From NCBI GenBank assembly GCA_044229975.1, contig JBGARZ010000005.1, forward strand, positions 493,551-557,550: a stretch of DNA of 64,000 nt. The letters run 5' to 3'. The stretch's first letter is position 1. Every line of letters starts with the position of its first letter. This DNA comes from Polyangiales bacterium. GTDB lineage: Bacteria; Myxococcota_A; Polyangia; Polyangiales; Ga0077539. Below, piece after piece: positions 1 to 9,975 of the stretch. The position numbers were made by a program, and so were the translations under genes. The notes beneath the pieces are model-generated. The model did no database searches, was not told where the DNA came from, and worked only from the letters and a program-made list of their open reading frames with translations.

Positions 1-995
1 TCGGCATCATCGAGGATGTTGCCCAGGAAGCGCTGCCTCGCCACGAGGTCGTCCGCCGCGCCGTCACGCAACAGCTCCGCCGCGCCGCGCACCGACGCGA
101 TGGGCGTCTTGAACTCGTGCGACACGTTGGCCGCCAGCTCGGAGATATACGCGAGCCGCGCATCCAGCGCGCGCGCCATGGCGTCGAAGTCACGCGCCAG
201 CATCCCGAGCTCGTCGCGCCCTCTGAGGTTGAGCGCCACGCCGCGCTCGCCCGCCGCGATGCGACCCGCGGCGTCGGTGAGCCTCCGCAGCGGGCGCGAG
301 ATGGTGAGCGACAGAAAGATGGCCACCAGCGTCCCGATGACGAGCGACCCGAGCGCCACCTTGATGAGCGCGTTGCGAACCCAGTAGAGCGAGAGCAGCA
401 CGGGGTAGGTGCTGCGCGTGACGTAGACGACGCCGAGCGTCGGGGCGCCCTCGTCGAGGCGGATGGGCTCGGCCACGAAGAGCGCGTACGCCCGCAGGTT
501 GGGCACCCGCCGCGCGTACCGACCGGGCTTGCCGCGCAGCGCCAGCGCCACCTCCGGCCGGTCGGCGTACGACCCGCTCGGCGGAACCGGATCGAGCACC
601 GCGACCCGCCGCCGCGCGCTCGGATCGAGCGAGGCGGGGAGCAGTCGCCGGCCGACGGTTCGCAGGTCGACGTGCTCGGGCCCGGTGTCGAACACCACCC
701 TCCCCTCGCGGTCGAGCACGCGCACCTCGGCGTGGAGACGCTCGGCCATCTGCCGCGCGCCCGCCGTGAGCGACGGCAGGTGCAGCTCGATGGGCCTCCC
801 CGCCGGAACCGTCGCCGCGAGCGTGCAGGCCAGCACGCTCATGCCCTCCTCCTCGGCTCGCAACAGCTCGCGCTCCAGCGTTCGCGCGAAGGACATCCCC
901 GCGACGGGGACGATCACCAGGAAGGCGTTGACCACCAGCAGCCGCATCCCGATGGAGTGCAGCGCGCGGCGCCAGCGTGGCTCCGTGGCGCTCAT
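1..995 (-). CDS. Sensor histidine kinase (CreC-like; TM, HAMP, HisKA); C-terminus runs off the window
   Basis: ATG at 995 overlaps the regulator stop (ATGA). Translation MSATEPRWRRALHSIGMRLLVVNAFLVIVPVAG..., a second TM segment, HAMP-like DELGMLARDFDAM, H-box SHEFKTPIASVRGAAELL. Absent from the ORF track because it has no stop inside the window. Confidence 0.9.
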   Translation of the reverse strand, partial: MSATEPRWRRALHSIGMRLLVVNAFLVIVPVAGMSFARTLERELLRAEEEGMSVLACTLAATVPAGRPIELHLPSLTAGARQMAERLHAEVRVLDREGRVVFDTGPEHVDLRTVGRRLLPASLDPSARRRVAVLDPVPPSGSYADRPEVALALRGKPGRYARRVPNLRAYALFVAEPIRLDEGAPTLGVVYVTRSTYPVLLSLYWVRNALIKVALGSLVIGTLVAIFLSLTISRPLRRLTDAAGRIAAGERGVALNLRGRDELGMLARDFDAMARALDARLAYISELAANVSHEFKTPIASVRGAAELLRDGAADDLVARQRFLGNILDDA

Positions 996-1693
996 GCCTC
1001 GCGGAGCTTGTACCCGACGCCGTGCACCGTCTCGATGGGGTCGTGGCCCGCGTCGCGAAACTTCCGGCGCACCCGCTTCACGTGCGTGTCGATGGTGCGC
1101 TCGGTGATGAGGTTGTCGTACGCGTACGCCCGCTCCATCAACTGCGCGCGGGAGAGCACCACGCCGGGGCGTTCCATCAGCGAGGCGAGCAGGCCGAACT
1201 CCGTCACCGTGAGCTTCAACAGCGACTCGCGACAGCGCACCTCGTGCCGCGCCACGTCCATCACCACGGGGCCCACCCGCAGCGGTCGATCGCCCTCCGA
1301 CGGCGGGGCGCCCGCGGCATCGGCACGACGCAGCACGGCCTTCACCCGCGCGGCCAGCTCGCGCGGCGAAAACGGCTTGGTCACGTAGTCGTCGCCGCCC
1401 ATCTCCAGCCCGAGCACCTTGTCGATCTCCTCGTCGCGCGACGACAAGAACACCACCGGCACCGACGCCCGCGCCGACGCCCGCAACCGACGACACACCT
1501 CCAGGCCGTCGACCTCGGGCATCAGGATGTCGAGCACCACCAGATCGAAGAGCGTCGCGCCCGGTCGCAGGAGCGCATCGAGGGCGGCGCGCCCGTCGTT
1601 CACCGAGGTGACCGCGTGGCCCTCGCGCTGTAGCGTGTAGACGACCACGTCGCGCAGGTGCGGGTCGTCGTCCACCACCAGGATCTGCTTCAC
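992..1693 (-). CDS. OmpR/PhoB-family response regulator
   Basis: ILVVDDD...DLVVLDILMPEVDG...GGDDYVTKPFSPREL; winged-helix end RTIDTHVKRVRRK..IETVHGVGY. GTG at 1693 overlaps the upstream stop. Confidence 0.95.
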   Translation of the reverse strand: MKQILVVDDDPHLRDVVVYTLQREGHAVTSVNDGRAALDALLRPGATLFDLVVLDILMPEVDGLEVCRRLRASARASVPVVFLSSRDEEIDKVLGLEMGGDDYVTKPFSPRELAARVKAVLRRADAAGAPPSEGDRPLRVGPVVMDVARHEVRCRESLLKLTVTEFGLLASLMERPGVVLSRAQLMERAYAYDNLITERTIDTHVKRVRRKFRDAGHDPIETVHGVGYKLREA

Positions 1694-2352
1694 CCGGGCG
1701 ACGCTACCGCGGGTTCGAGCGCCGCTCCAACGCCCTCGATGCGCGCGAGGATCTCCCCCACCAGCTCGCCGAGGTTCTCGCCGGGGGCGGCGCCGTCGGT
1801 GAAGCGCAGCACCGTCACCTGCATCCGCAATCGGGCGCACATGCCGAGCAGTTCGTCGCGCTCGCGGGCCGCGCGCTCGCGCAGCGCCGACAGCCGGCGG
1901 GCTCCGTCGACGGCGGCGGTGGCGGCGTCGACCACGGCGCGGTCGGGTTCGCGCAACCGTCGCTCGGCGCGCGCGAGGTCGAACTCCTCCCCGGCGAGCA
2001 CCTCGTCGAGCTCCTGCACCTTGGCGTCGAGGCGCGCGAGGTGATCGGTGAGCGCCGCGAGCTGGGCGGGCGTGGGGAGCAGCTCGGCGAAGGCGCCGGG
2101 GGAGATGCGGGTGCGCGCGGCCTCGATGGCGTCGACGAGCAGCGCCCGCTCGCGCTGGAGGTGCGGCGACGAGGGGCGCGCGGAGCTTCGTTGCTCCGAG
2201 CGCACCGGGCCGAGGAGCACGGGCACGTAGAGCGGCCAGAGGGTGAGCGTGAGCAGCGCATCGGTGAAGGAGACGGAGCTGCCGCGACGGGAGCGGAGGG
2301 CGATGGCGCTCCCGACGCCGACGACGAGGTAGCAGAGGGCGAGGTCGATCAC
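1690..2352 (-). CDS. Hypothetical protein, two N-terminal TM helices and a coiled-coil C-terminus
   Basis: VIDLALCYLVVGVG...LTLTLWPLYVPVLLG followed by a heptad-rich region LARLDAKVQELDEVL. GTGA coupling at both ends. Confidence 0.75.
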   Translation of the reverse strand: MIDLALCYLVVGVGSAIALRSRRGSSVSFTDALLTLTLWPLYVPVLLGPVRSEQRSSARPSSPHLQRERALLVDAIEAARTRISPGAFAELLPTPAQLAALTDHLARLDAKVQELDEVLAGEEFDLARAERRLREPDRAVVDAATAAVDGARRLSALRERAARERDELLGMCARLRMQVTVLRFTDGAAPGENLGELVGEILARIEGVGAALEPAVASPG

Positions 2353-3185
2353 TCGCACGACGACCCCACGCAGGGAGCGCCGCGTTCGAACGCGGCGGAG
2401 CGGGCGGTGTAGCCCCGGGCGGCGGAGACGGCGGAGGTGCCGAGGGCGTCGATGAAGTCGCCTTCGAGCGAGCGCACGAAGGGGATGTGCTCGGTGCGCG
2501 GGCGCACCACGAAGGGGCGGAGGATCCACGAGGTCTGCGCGCCGGTGAGGGCGAACACCGCGACGAAGGCGACGCCCACGCGGGTGGCGGCGGCGCCGTG
2601 GCGCGCGAGGCCGGAGAAGAGCAGGCGGCCCGCGAAGGCGCCCGCGACGGCGCACACCGCGACGACGGCGAGGATCACCCGATGGTACCCGAGCGACCAC
2701 CCCTCCATGAGCCACACGAAGGGCGCGAGGCCGACGAGAACGAGGGCGAAGCGGGCGCATGATCCGAGCGCGAGCGCGATGACGGCGCGGGTCGAGATGT
2801 CGAGCCGCGCGGCGCGGGTGAAGGCGACGAAGGGCGCCGCGCAGACCGCGAGCGTGACCAGGAGAATGAGCGGGACCTTGAGGGTGCAGTAGAGCATCTG
2901 GAGCGCGCCGCGGTGGGCGCCCACGACGGCGCCGAAGAGCCCGGCGCCGACGACGACGGCGCCGACGAGCACGCGGGTGAGCGAGGCGACCGAGGCGTTG
3001 CCGTCGGGCGCGGACTCGGCGTGAGCGAGGGCGGCGAGGAAGGCATCGGGCTCGCGCAGGAGGAGCTCGAGACGCGCGACGGCGCCGGGCGGGAGCTCGT
3101 CGGGCAGAGCACGCGGGGGTGTCGGAGCAGCGACGACGGTGGCGGCGGGAGGAGCGGGGAGCGCGAAGTCGGCTTCGATGGTCAT
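2349..3185 (-). CDS. Multi-pass membrane protein of unknown function
   Basis: MTIEADF...; five hydrophobic helices; conserved-looking KVPLILL and GAQTSWILRPF motifs; ATGA overlap. Confidence 0.8.
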   Translation of the reverse strand: MTIEADFALPAPPAATVVAAPTPPRALPDELPPGAVARLELLLREPDAFLAALAHAESAPDGNASVASLTRVLVGAVVVGAGLFGAVVGAHRGALQMLYCTLKVPLILLVTLAVCAAPFVAFTRAARLDISTRAVIALALGSCARFALVLVGLAPFVWLMEGWSLGYHRVILAVVAVCAVAGAFAGRLLFSGLARHGAAATRVGVAFVAVFALTGAQTSWILRPFVVRPRTEHIPFVRSLEGDFIDALGTSAVSAARGYTARSAAFERGAPCVGSSCE

Positions 3186-3709
3186 CGGGTCACCGCGGAG
3201 AGCGAGGGGAGGTGGTGAGAGAGCGCAACGGTGAGGCGGAGGCCGAGGGCGAGGGCGAAGAGGTTCCAGAGGGAGGAGGCGACGGTGAGGCGGGCGAAGG
3301 CGCGGTTGGAGACGGCGCGCACGGCGAGGACGCCGACGGTGAGGGCGCAGCCCGTGAGGAGGATGGCCGCGCTCGGGGTGCGCAGCGTGGCGGAGAAGAA
3401 GGCCGCGGGGGCGGCGAGGCCGAGGAGGGCGACGCCGACGGAGCCGAGCACGGCAGAGACCTCGGCGATGAGCTTCTCGGCGGAGGAGCGCTCGTCGGAG
3501 TACATGCTCGCGAGGTAGAGCGGCGGCATGACGAGGAGCGCCCCGCCGACGAAGAGGGCGGGCGACATCCAGGCGCCGCGGAGGGTGGCGGCGACGCCGT
3601 GGCCGAGGCCCGAAGCAGCGCCGAAGAGGGCGGAGCCGAGGACGCCGAGGAGCAGCTCGCGCGGCACGGCGGCCTCGGTGGGAAGAGAGACGGAGGCGGA
3701 GGTTGTCAT
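3182..3709 (-). CDS. Multi-pass membrane protein, possibly a distant paralog of the downstream gene
   Basis: 175 aa, almost wholly hydrophobic; coupled to the next gene. Confidence 0.75.
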   Translation of the reverse strand: MTTSASVSLPTEAAVPRELLLGVLGSALFGAASGLGHGVAATLRGAWMSPALFVGGALLVMPPLYLASMYSDERSSAEKLIAEVSAVLGSVGVALLGLAAPAAFFSATLRTPSAAILLTGCALTVGVLAVRAVSNRAFARLTVASSLWNLFALALGLRLTVALSHHLPSLSAVTR

Positions 3710-3876
3710 CGCTGGACCGTGATGGGGCGGAGGCGTCGGCGCGCGGCCGATACCGCGCGGCGAGCACCGCGATGACGGGTATGCGCGGCCGGTGTGGCTA
3801 CCGCGCGGACGGGGCGATGGACGTTGGGGGGAAGGTGCGTGGCGGAATTGTGGCGACGCGGAGAGAGCGCGGTTGG

Positions 3877-5067
3877 TCAGCGCGTGGCGGACCAGGTGCC
3901 TTCGTTGGTGGGCGTTCCCTGGTAGCTCCAGGTGCCGCCGACGACGGCGTTCGAAGCGTTGACGGTGCCGCCGTAGAGGTACTGCTGCCCGGTGGAGCTA
4001 CCGCTGGTGTAGCGCTTGATGAACATCAGGTAGCCGCTCTCGAAGTCGACCGCGCCATGGAGCGATGAGGTTCCGTAGGTGTCGACCATGGTGCCGGTGA
4101 GCCCGCCGGAGGCCGTGACGGTGAGGTTGGTGCTGGTGATCGAGAAGCTCGACGTGAGGCGCCAGCTCCCGGAGAAGGAAGCGGGGGTGCGCCCGGTGCT
4201 CGTCTGCGCGGCGAAGACGGAGGTGTTGGTGGCGTCGGAGACGTCGACCCAGGTGCCCGCGATGCGGTCGCGCGGCGTGCCGGCGGTGTGCGTGCCGACG
4301 TAGCGGAACGAGAGGTTGGTGGAGGTTCCGTAGAGGTAGCGCTTGGTGAAGGTCACGCGGCGGGTGCAGACGTCGACGGCGATGGGGTTGAACTCGGCGT
4401 AGCCGTAGCCGTCGACCATGGCGCCGGTGAAGGCGGTGGCCGAGGAGCCTGCCGCGAACCAGCCGAGCCCGAGGGCGGTGGTGGTGGAGCCGGACGGCGC
4501 GATGCCGAAGCGCCAGTTGCCCGCGATGGAGAGCGTCGGGAGCGCGCAGGTGGACCAGGCGGACCAGGTGCCGGAGACGCAGGTGCGAGATTGGGTTCCG
4601 CAGGTGGAGCAGGTCTGGGTGGTGGGGCCGGTGCAGGTGGGCGGGACGTCGGGGTTGACCGGGACATCGCGCGCGACGGGAACATCAACGGGCATCGACG
4701 GGACGTCGGCGGTGGCAGGGACATCGCGCACGACGGGCACGTCCATGGGCGGAGGCGGGACGTCGACCGCGGGCACGTCGCGCGGAGGCGGGACGTCGAC
4801 GGCCGGGAAGCCGGCGTCTTCGGGGTAGCCAGCGTCCGGGGTGGGCTCGCCGGTGTCGTCGGGCGGGAGGCCAGCGTCCTCGGGGTCGCCGGTGTCGTCG
4901 GGGAGAGAGCGGGCGTCTCCGACGAGCTCCCCCGCGTCGTCGTCCCATGGGGCGTCGGGGTCCTGCTGCTCGCCGGTCGCGCACGCCGCGAGGAGCGAGG
5001 CCGCCAGCGCCACGAGCGGCAGGCGACGGAGGCGAGCGGTGAGAGTGGTGTTGAACGCGGATCGCAT
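3877..5067 (-). CDS. Secreted lipoprotein: acidic/Pro linker, Cys-rich segment, two C-terminal beta-rich repeats
   Basis: Lipobox LLAAC; DAG/DVP linker repeats; CSTCGTQSRTC..WSAWSTC; duplicated G.MVD.YG...F.KRY..G...Y.G..GTW domain. Confidence 0.8.
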   Translation of the reverse strand: MRSAFNTTLTARLRRLPLVALAASLLAACATGEQQDPDAPWDDDAGELVGDARSLPDDTGDPEDAGLPPDDTGEPTPDAGYPEDAGFPAVDVPPPRDVPAVDVPPPPMDVPVVRDVPATADVPSMPVDVPVARDVPVNPDVPPTCTGPTTQTCSTCGTQSRTCVSGTWSAWSTCALPTLSIAGNWRFGIAPSGSTTTALGLGWFAAGSSATAFTGAMVDGYGYAEFNPIAVDVCTRRVTFTKRYLYGTSTNLSFRYVGTHTAGTPRDRIAGTWVDVSDATNTSVFAAQTSTGRTPASFSGSWRLTSSFSITSTNLTVTASGGLTGTMVDTYGTSSLHGAVDFESGYLMFIKRYTSGSSTGQQYLYGGTVNASNAVVGGTWSYQGTPTNEGTWSATR

Positions 5068-5179
5068 CGCTGAGAGGGGGAGAGCTACCACGACTGCGCG
5101 AGGGATCCTCGGGGAGCGCCCACCCGCGTCGACGGTATCGCGCGCCCGCCCGTCCTGTGCTGCACTGCGCGCCCCCCCA

Positions 5180-6361
5180 ATGAGCGCCACCGTCCCCGAA
5201 GCCGCCGCCCGCCTGCGCGACGCACTCACCCTGGCCAGCCGTGGGCTCGTCGACCGCGAGGCCCTCGTCGAGCTCGTCGCCCTCGCCGCCGTCGCGGGCG
5301 AGCACGTCCTCGTCATCGGCCCACCCGGAACCGCCAAGAGCGAAGCCGTCCGCCGCGCCGCCCGCTCCCTCGGCGGCGCCTACTTCGAGTACCTCCTCGG
5401 GCGCTTCACCGAGCCCAGCGAACTCTTCGGCCCCGTCGACCTCCGCAAGCTCCGCGAAGGCGTCGTCGAGGTCGAGACCGCCGGCATGCTCCCCGAGGCG
5501 GAGGTCGCCTTTCTCGACGAGGTGTTCCTCGGGTCGACGGCCATCCTCAACACGCTGCTCACGCTGCTCAACGAGCGCACCTTCCGCCGCGGCTCCACCC
5601 GCCTCTCGTGCCCGCTGCGCGTCTGCGTCGGCGCCTCCAACGCGCTCCCCGACGACGACGCCCTCGCCCCCTTCGCCGACCGCTTTCTCGTGCGCGCCTT
5701 CCTCGACCCGGTCCCCGACGCCCGCCTCGAAGACCTCCTTGCCGGGGCCTGGCAGCTCAACACCGACCGCCCCGCCGCGCCCGCCTCGGTCGCCGACATC
5801 GACCTCCTCGCCACCGCCGCGCGCGGCCTCGACCTCGCGCCCGTGCGACCCGCCCTCGCCCACGCCATCCGCCTCCTGCGCCGCGCCCAGATCAACCTCT
5901 CCGACCGCCGCGCCGCGCGCGTTCAGCGCCTGGTCGCCGCCGCCGCCGTGCTCGCCGGTCGCACCCACGTCACCGAAGAAGACCTCTGGCCGCTGCTCAC
6001 CGCCGTACCCACCCGCGAGGAGCAATCCACCGCGCGCGACGCCCTCCGCGACGTGCTCGCCCGCAGCCGCAACGGCGCCCTCCGCGCCGCCAGCGAGGAC
6101 GCCTCCGCGGGCCCCCTCGCCCGCGCCAACCGCATCGCCGCCGACGCCGAAGCGCTCCTCGCGCGCGGCCCCGACGCCAGCGCTCCCCTCCCCGACGGCG
6201 ACCCCCACGTCGCGCCGCCCGACCCCCGCGAGGGCTTCCGCCTCCGCGTCGAAGGCGTGCTCCGCGAGATCGACGCGAGCTTCGCGCCGGGTGAGCTCCC
6301 CGCCGCGCTCACCGCGGTGCGTCCGCGGCTCGTGGCTGCGCTCGCCGCCTGGCAGGGCTGA
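5180..6361 (+). CDS. MoxR/RavA-type AAA+ ATPase, likely the ATPase of the bpX ternary system
   Basis: Walker A GPPGTAKS; YFEYLLGRFTEPSELFGP; Walker B AFLDEVF; ILNTLLTLLNER; DRFLVR; SDRR. Confidence 0.92.
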   Translation: MSATVPEAAARLRDALTLASRGLVDREALVELVALAAVAGEHVLVIGPPGTAKSEAVRRAARSLGGAYFEYLLGRFTEPSELFGPVDLRKLREGVVEVETAGMLPEAEVAFLDEVFLGSTAILNTLLTLLNERTFRRGSTRLSCPLRVCVGASNALPDDDALAPFADRFLVRAFLDPVPDARLEDLLAGAWQLNTDRPAAPASVADIDLLATAARGLDLAPVRPALAHAIRLLRRAQINLSDRRAARVQRLVAAAAVLAGRTHVTEEDLWPLLTAVPTREEQSTARDALRDVLARSRNGALRAASEDASAGPLARANRIAADAEALLARGPDASAPLPDGDPHVAPPDPREGFRLRVEGVLREIDASFAPGELPAALTAVRPRLVAALAAWQG

Positions 6362-6412
6362 CCTCCAGGCGCCAGGAGGTGTGGCTCCAGACGTCTGGAG
6401 GCGACGGGACGG

Positions 6413-6949
6413 CTACGTGGATCTCGACGCGACCACGGGTAGCCGCACCAACCGAGGCGCCGGTGTGTGCACAGGGAGTTCATCCCAGGTGCGCCCATCG
6501 CGATCACGGCCCGTGCGCTTCTCGTTCGGACCGCCCCACTGCTTGAAGAAGAACGCCACGCCCGCGCTGGGTTCATCTCTCGGGCGTGAGGGCCCGACTC
6601 TCCCCCCACGATGGCCCAGTCGATGCCGAGCAGGTCGAGGCCCGGCAGCGGACCGAGCAGCGGCTCCAGCGACAGGAACTTCAGCCGCGCGCCCGTCGTC
6701 CGCAGCGCCTCGATGCGGGGGACGTAGCGCTCGCTCTCGACGCTCACGCCCATCCAGACATTGTCGGGCCAATCGATGTGCGCGGAGAGCTCGGCGAGGC
6801 GTGTCGCGCGCCTGGTCAGGAGCGGGAAGCGGGGCCAGTGCGCCTCGCGCATCACAGAGAAGACCCGCGCGATGTACGACTCCGGCACCTCGTCATGGGA
6901 CAGGGTTCCAGGTGGCTTCGGTCCATTCGATGGAGGATCCAAGGGCCAT
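6413..6949 (-). pseudogene. DUF5131 / phage Gp37-Gp68 family pseudogene with two frameshifting deletions
   Basis: Three frames: MALGSSIEWTEATWNPVP* / HDEVP...NVWMGVSVE...FLSLEPLLGP...IDWAIVGGESGP / AGVAFFFKQWGG...RTWDELP. The three-Cys motif normally following WNPV is missing. Confidence 0.88.
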
Positions 6950-7461
6950 CAGTCGATCTTCCCGAGAACGTCGTTGGCGATCTTGTGCGCCAACGGGTTC
7001 GCCGCGGCGAAACAGAACAGGTACATCGGGTTGCCCGAGGAGTTTCGCAGGATGCGAGGGTTTGAGGCGACCGCAGGAAACACGGTCTTCAGGCGGTCGA
7101 CGAAGTAGCGGGCGATCACCTCCACGCGCTCCTTCACCAGCATGGTCGCGTCCGGGCCGAAGAGGCCAAGCTGCGGCTCGACCCGGTAGAAGGTGTCGAT
7201 CCAGTCGGTGGTCCCGAACATCACGTCGAGCCGGTGCAGCCAGCCGTCGGGAATCGCACCACTGCGAGTCACCAGACGGTTGACGCCAATGCCGTGCGGG
7301 AAGAGCCGCCAGAGGTCGATAGCCTGCGTGCGGGCGATCGCCTCGATGGTCTGCCACTCGACCTGCATCCCGTACGGGTCGAGGAACAACACCGCCCGAT
7401 GCTCTGGCCAGGGCTTGCGACCGCAAAGCTTCTGGATCTCGGCGTTGACACGTTCCGCCAC
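6949..7461 (-). pseudogene. tcmP: Three-Cys-motif partner protein TcmP, C-terminal half only
   Basis: RAVLFLDPYGMQVEWQTIEAIA..IDLW.LFP...LRNSSGNPMYLFCFAAAN. TGATG-coupled to DUF5131, its usual partner. No N-terminal half before arsH. Confidence 0.75.
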
Positions 7462-7575
7462 CCGCTCGCCGATCCTTCGCGGCGTTTGCGCCGCCGCGGA
7501 GGCGGCACGGTCGAGCGTCCCGGGATCGTGACCGGAGTGCTCCCTCGTGACGCCTCTCGCGCAGATCGCACCCCT

Positions 7576-8331
7576 TCAGGTCGATGGTCCGGTCGCGCCG
7601 CCCGGCGGTGACTCGTGGGCCATCGCCACCGCCGCGAGGCGCGCGGCCTCGCTCTTCGCCGCGGCCTCCTTGCGCTCGCTGTACCGGCTCACGAGGTACT
7701 CCGCGCGGTCGCGCACCAGCAGCGTGAACTTGAACAGCTCCTCCATCACGTCGACCACGCGGTCGTAGTAGGCCGACGGCTTCATCCGCCCCGCCTCGTC
7801 GAACTCCTGGAAGGCCTTCGCCACCGACGACTGGTTGGGGATGGTCACCATCCGCATCCAGCGACCCAGCACCCGCAGCGCGTTGACGGCATTGAAGGAC
7901 TGCGACCCACCCGACACCTGCATCACCGCGAGCGTTCGGCCCTGCGTGGGCCGCAGGCTCCCGAGCTCCAGCGGGAGCCAGTCGATCTGGCTCTTGAACA
8001 CCCCCGTCATCGCGCCGTGCCGCTCGGGGCTGCACCACACCTGACCCTCCGACCAGAGCGACAGCTCGCGCAGCTCGACCACCTTCTCGTGGGTGGCCGG
8101 TGCGCTGTCGGGCAGCGGCAGACCCCGCGGGTCGTAGATGCGCGTCTCGGCGCCCATGCGATCGAGCAGCCGCGCGGCCTCCTGCGTGAGGAAGCGGCTG
8201 TACGAACGCTCCCGGCACGACCCGTAGAGAAGCAGGATGCGCGGCGCGTGGGTCGCTCGACCGATCGGCTCCAGGCGGGCGAGGTCGGGCAGATCGAAGT
8301 GCGCCTCGGACAGGTTGGGCAGGTCACTCAC
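7576..8331 (-). CDS. arsH: Arsenical resistance protein ArsH (NADPH-dependent FMN reductase)
   Basis: [76 protein letters not shown]. Confidence 0.96.
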   Translation of the reverse strand: MSDLPNLSEAHFDLPDLARLEPIGRATHAPRILLLYGSCRERSYSRFLTQEAARLLDRMGAETRIYDPRGLPLPDSAPATHEKVVELRELSLWSEGQVWCSPERHGAMTGVFKSQIDWLPLELGSLRPTQGRTLAVMQVSGGSQSFNAVNALRVLGRWMRMVTIPNQSSVAKAFQEFDEAGRMKPSAYYDRVVDVMEELFKFTLLVRDRAEYLVSRYSERKEAAAKSEAARLAAVAMAHESPPGGATGPST

Positions 8332-8759
8332 TCGATGCTCCTGCCACCGACCGACCCATCACGCAGCCATCCCTCGGCCCGCAGCAGCCCCTCAACGCGC
8401 GCCTTCACCTCGTCGCGAATCTCCCGCACGCGCTCGACCGACCTGCCCTTCGGGTCTTCCAGCGGCCAGTCGTCGCGCCGGAGTCCGGGGACGACCGGGC
8501 AGGCGTCGCCGCAGCCCATGGTGATGAGCATCTGCGCACCCCGGGCGAGCGCGTCGGTGAGCCGCTGGGGCCGGGCCTCGGCGAGGTCGATTCCCACGTC
8601 GCGCATGGCATCGAGCACCTCGGGGTGGACCCGCTCGGCGGGAGCAGTGCCCGCCGAGAGCGCGCGCGCCCTCGCACCGTCGGCGAGCACGTTGAAGAAC
8701 GCTGCTGCCATCTGCGAGCGACCCGCGTTGTGGACACAGGCGAAGATCACGGTGGTCAT
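8328..8759 (-). CDS. arsC: Arsenate reductase ArsC (LMW-PTP fold)
   Basis: P-loop [43 protein letters not shown] at 8759 overlaps the aquaporin stop. Confidence 0.95.
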   Translation of the reverse strand: MTTVIFACVHNAGRSQMAAAFFNVLADGARARALSAGTAPAERVHPEVLDAMRDVGIDLAEARPQRLTDALARGAQMLITMGCGDACPVVPGLRRDDWPLEDPKGRSVERVREIRDEVKARVEGLLRAEGWLRDGSVGGRSIE

Positions 8760-9508
8760 GAGGAGTCCTCGGGGCGGGTGACGGGCGGTTGGCCATGGGC
8801 GACGACCCCGCGCGGCGCGACCGCGGGGAGCGTCGGCACGAGCCAGCGGAAGAGGAGGGTCGCGGCGGCGGCCCCGACGAGCTGCGCAACGACGAAGCCC
8901 GGCACGTCGACGGGACGAATGCCCGCGAAGGTGTCGGTGGCCGCACGCGCCAGCGTCACCGCAGGGTTGGCGAAGGAGGTCGAGGCGGTAAACCAGTACG
9001 CCGCCGTGATGTACGCCGCGACGGCGAACGGGACGGCCGACGGGCGCTGGCGTGCGCAGCCCCAGATCACGGCGAGCAGCCCGAAGGTCGCGACGAACTC
9101 GCTCCACATCTGCGCTCCCCCCGCGCGGACGTGCGTCGAGGCGGCGAAGAGCGGGAGGTCGAACATGCCGTGCGCGGCCGCCACGCCGGCGAAGGCGCCC
9201 ACCACCTGCGCGAGGATGTAGCTGGGGACGAGGCGCCACGAGAGGCCGCCTTGCGAGGCTTCCGCCAGCGTGACGACTGGGTTGAAGTGCGCGCCCGACA
9301 CCGACCCGAAGGTGAGGATGAGCGCGACGAGACCCGCGCCCGTCGCGACCGTGTTGGCGAGCAGGGCGACGGCGACGTTTCCGCCGGCGAGCCGCTCGGC
9401 CATGATGCCAGAGCCGACCACGGTGGCGAGGAGCATCGCGGTGCCGACGGCCTCGGCGACCAGGCGGCGGGCGGGCGTCGGAGGTGCGGGCCGGGCCGTG
9501 TCGCTCAC
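8756..9508 (-). CDS. MIP/aquaglyceroporin channel, ars-operon type (AqpS-like)
   Basis: AEAVGTAMLLATVVGSGIMAE; SGAHFNPVVT; YWFTASTSFANPAVT; lies inside the ars operon. Confidence 0.92.
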   Translation of the reverse strand: MSDTARPAPPTPARRLVAEAVGTAMLLATVVGSGIMAERLAGGNVAVALLANTVATGAGLVALILTFGSVSGAHFNPVVTLAEASQGGLSWRLVPSYILAQVVGAFAGVAAAHGMFDLPLFAASTHVRAGGAQMWSEFVATFGLLAVIWGCARQRPSAVPFAVAAYITAAYWFTASTSFANPAVTLARAATDTFAGIRPVDVPGFVVAQLVGAAAATLLFRWLVPTLPAVAPRGVVAHGQPPVTRPEDSS

Positions 9509-9975
9509 GGGCAGCTCGTCCCCGGCGCACAGCACGCGGCCGCGCCGCGGGGGCTCTCGTCGGCGAGCGCGGCGGCGAGCAGTTGGAGCGCCTCTTCGAC
9601 CGCGGGGTGCCGAGCGACCGGCAGGCGCGCGAGCACGGCCGTGAACACGACGCGCTCGTCGCAGCAGAGCGAGTCGAGACGCGCGGCGCCCTTCTTCGAG
9701 AGCGCGAAGGCCACCAGGCGGGCGTCTTCCCGGCCGCGCCGACGAGTGACGTAGCCGCCCTTCACGAGCCGGGCGAGGTTGCGGCTCGCGGTCGAGAGGT
9801 CGATGCCGAGCGCCCTCGCGGCCGCGCCGAGCGTGAGCGGCCCCGCGTCACGCAGCGCGCGCAGCGTCTCGAACTGCTGGAGGGTCAGGTCGGCGCAGCA
9901 GATCTCGTCGCGCTCCAGGCGGGAGATGCCGCGGGCGACCACGCTCGCGAGGGCGGCGAAGCGGGCTGGCGTCAC
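9505..9975 (-). CDS. MarR-family regulator with vicinal Cys pairs, probable arsenic-responsive repressor
   Basis: EICCADLTLQQFETL...LGIDLSTASRNLARLVKGGYV.R...DAR; further CC pairs (LCCDE, ACCAP). First gene of the ars cassette. Confidence 0.85.
   Translation of the reverse strand: MTPARFAALASVVARGISRLERDEICCADLTLQQFETLRALRDAGPLTLGAAARALGIDLSTASRNLARLVKGGYVTRRRGREDARLVAFALSKKGAARLDSLCCDERVVFTAVLARLPVARHPAVEEALQLLAAALADESPRGAAACCAPGTSCP

Noticed and set aside
3751..3808. TACCGCGCGG direct repeat upstream of the two-component operon as a regulator binding site
   Set aside because: GC-rich 10-mer with 48-bp spacing; could arise by chance and does not fit typical OmpR tandem spacing.
6384..6399. 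16-bp palindrome CTCCAGACGTCTGGAG as an island attachment site
   Set aside because: No matching copy at the other island end; more likely a small hairpin between convergent genes.
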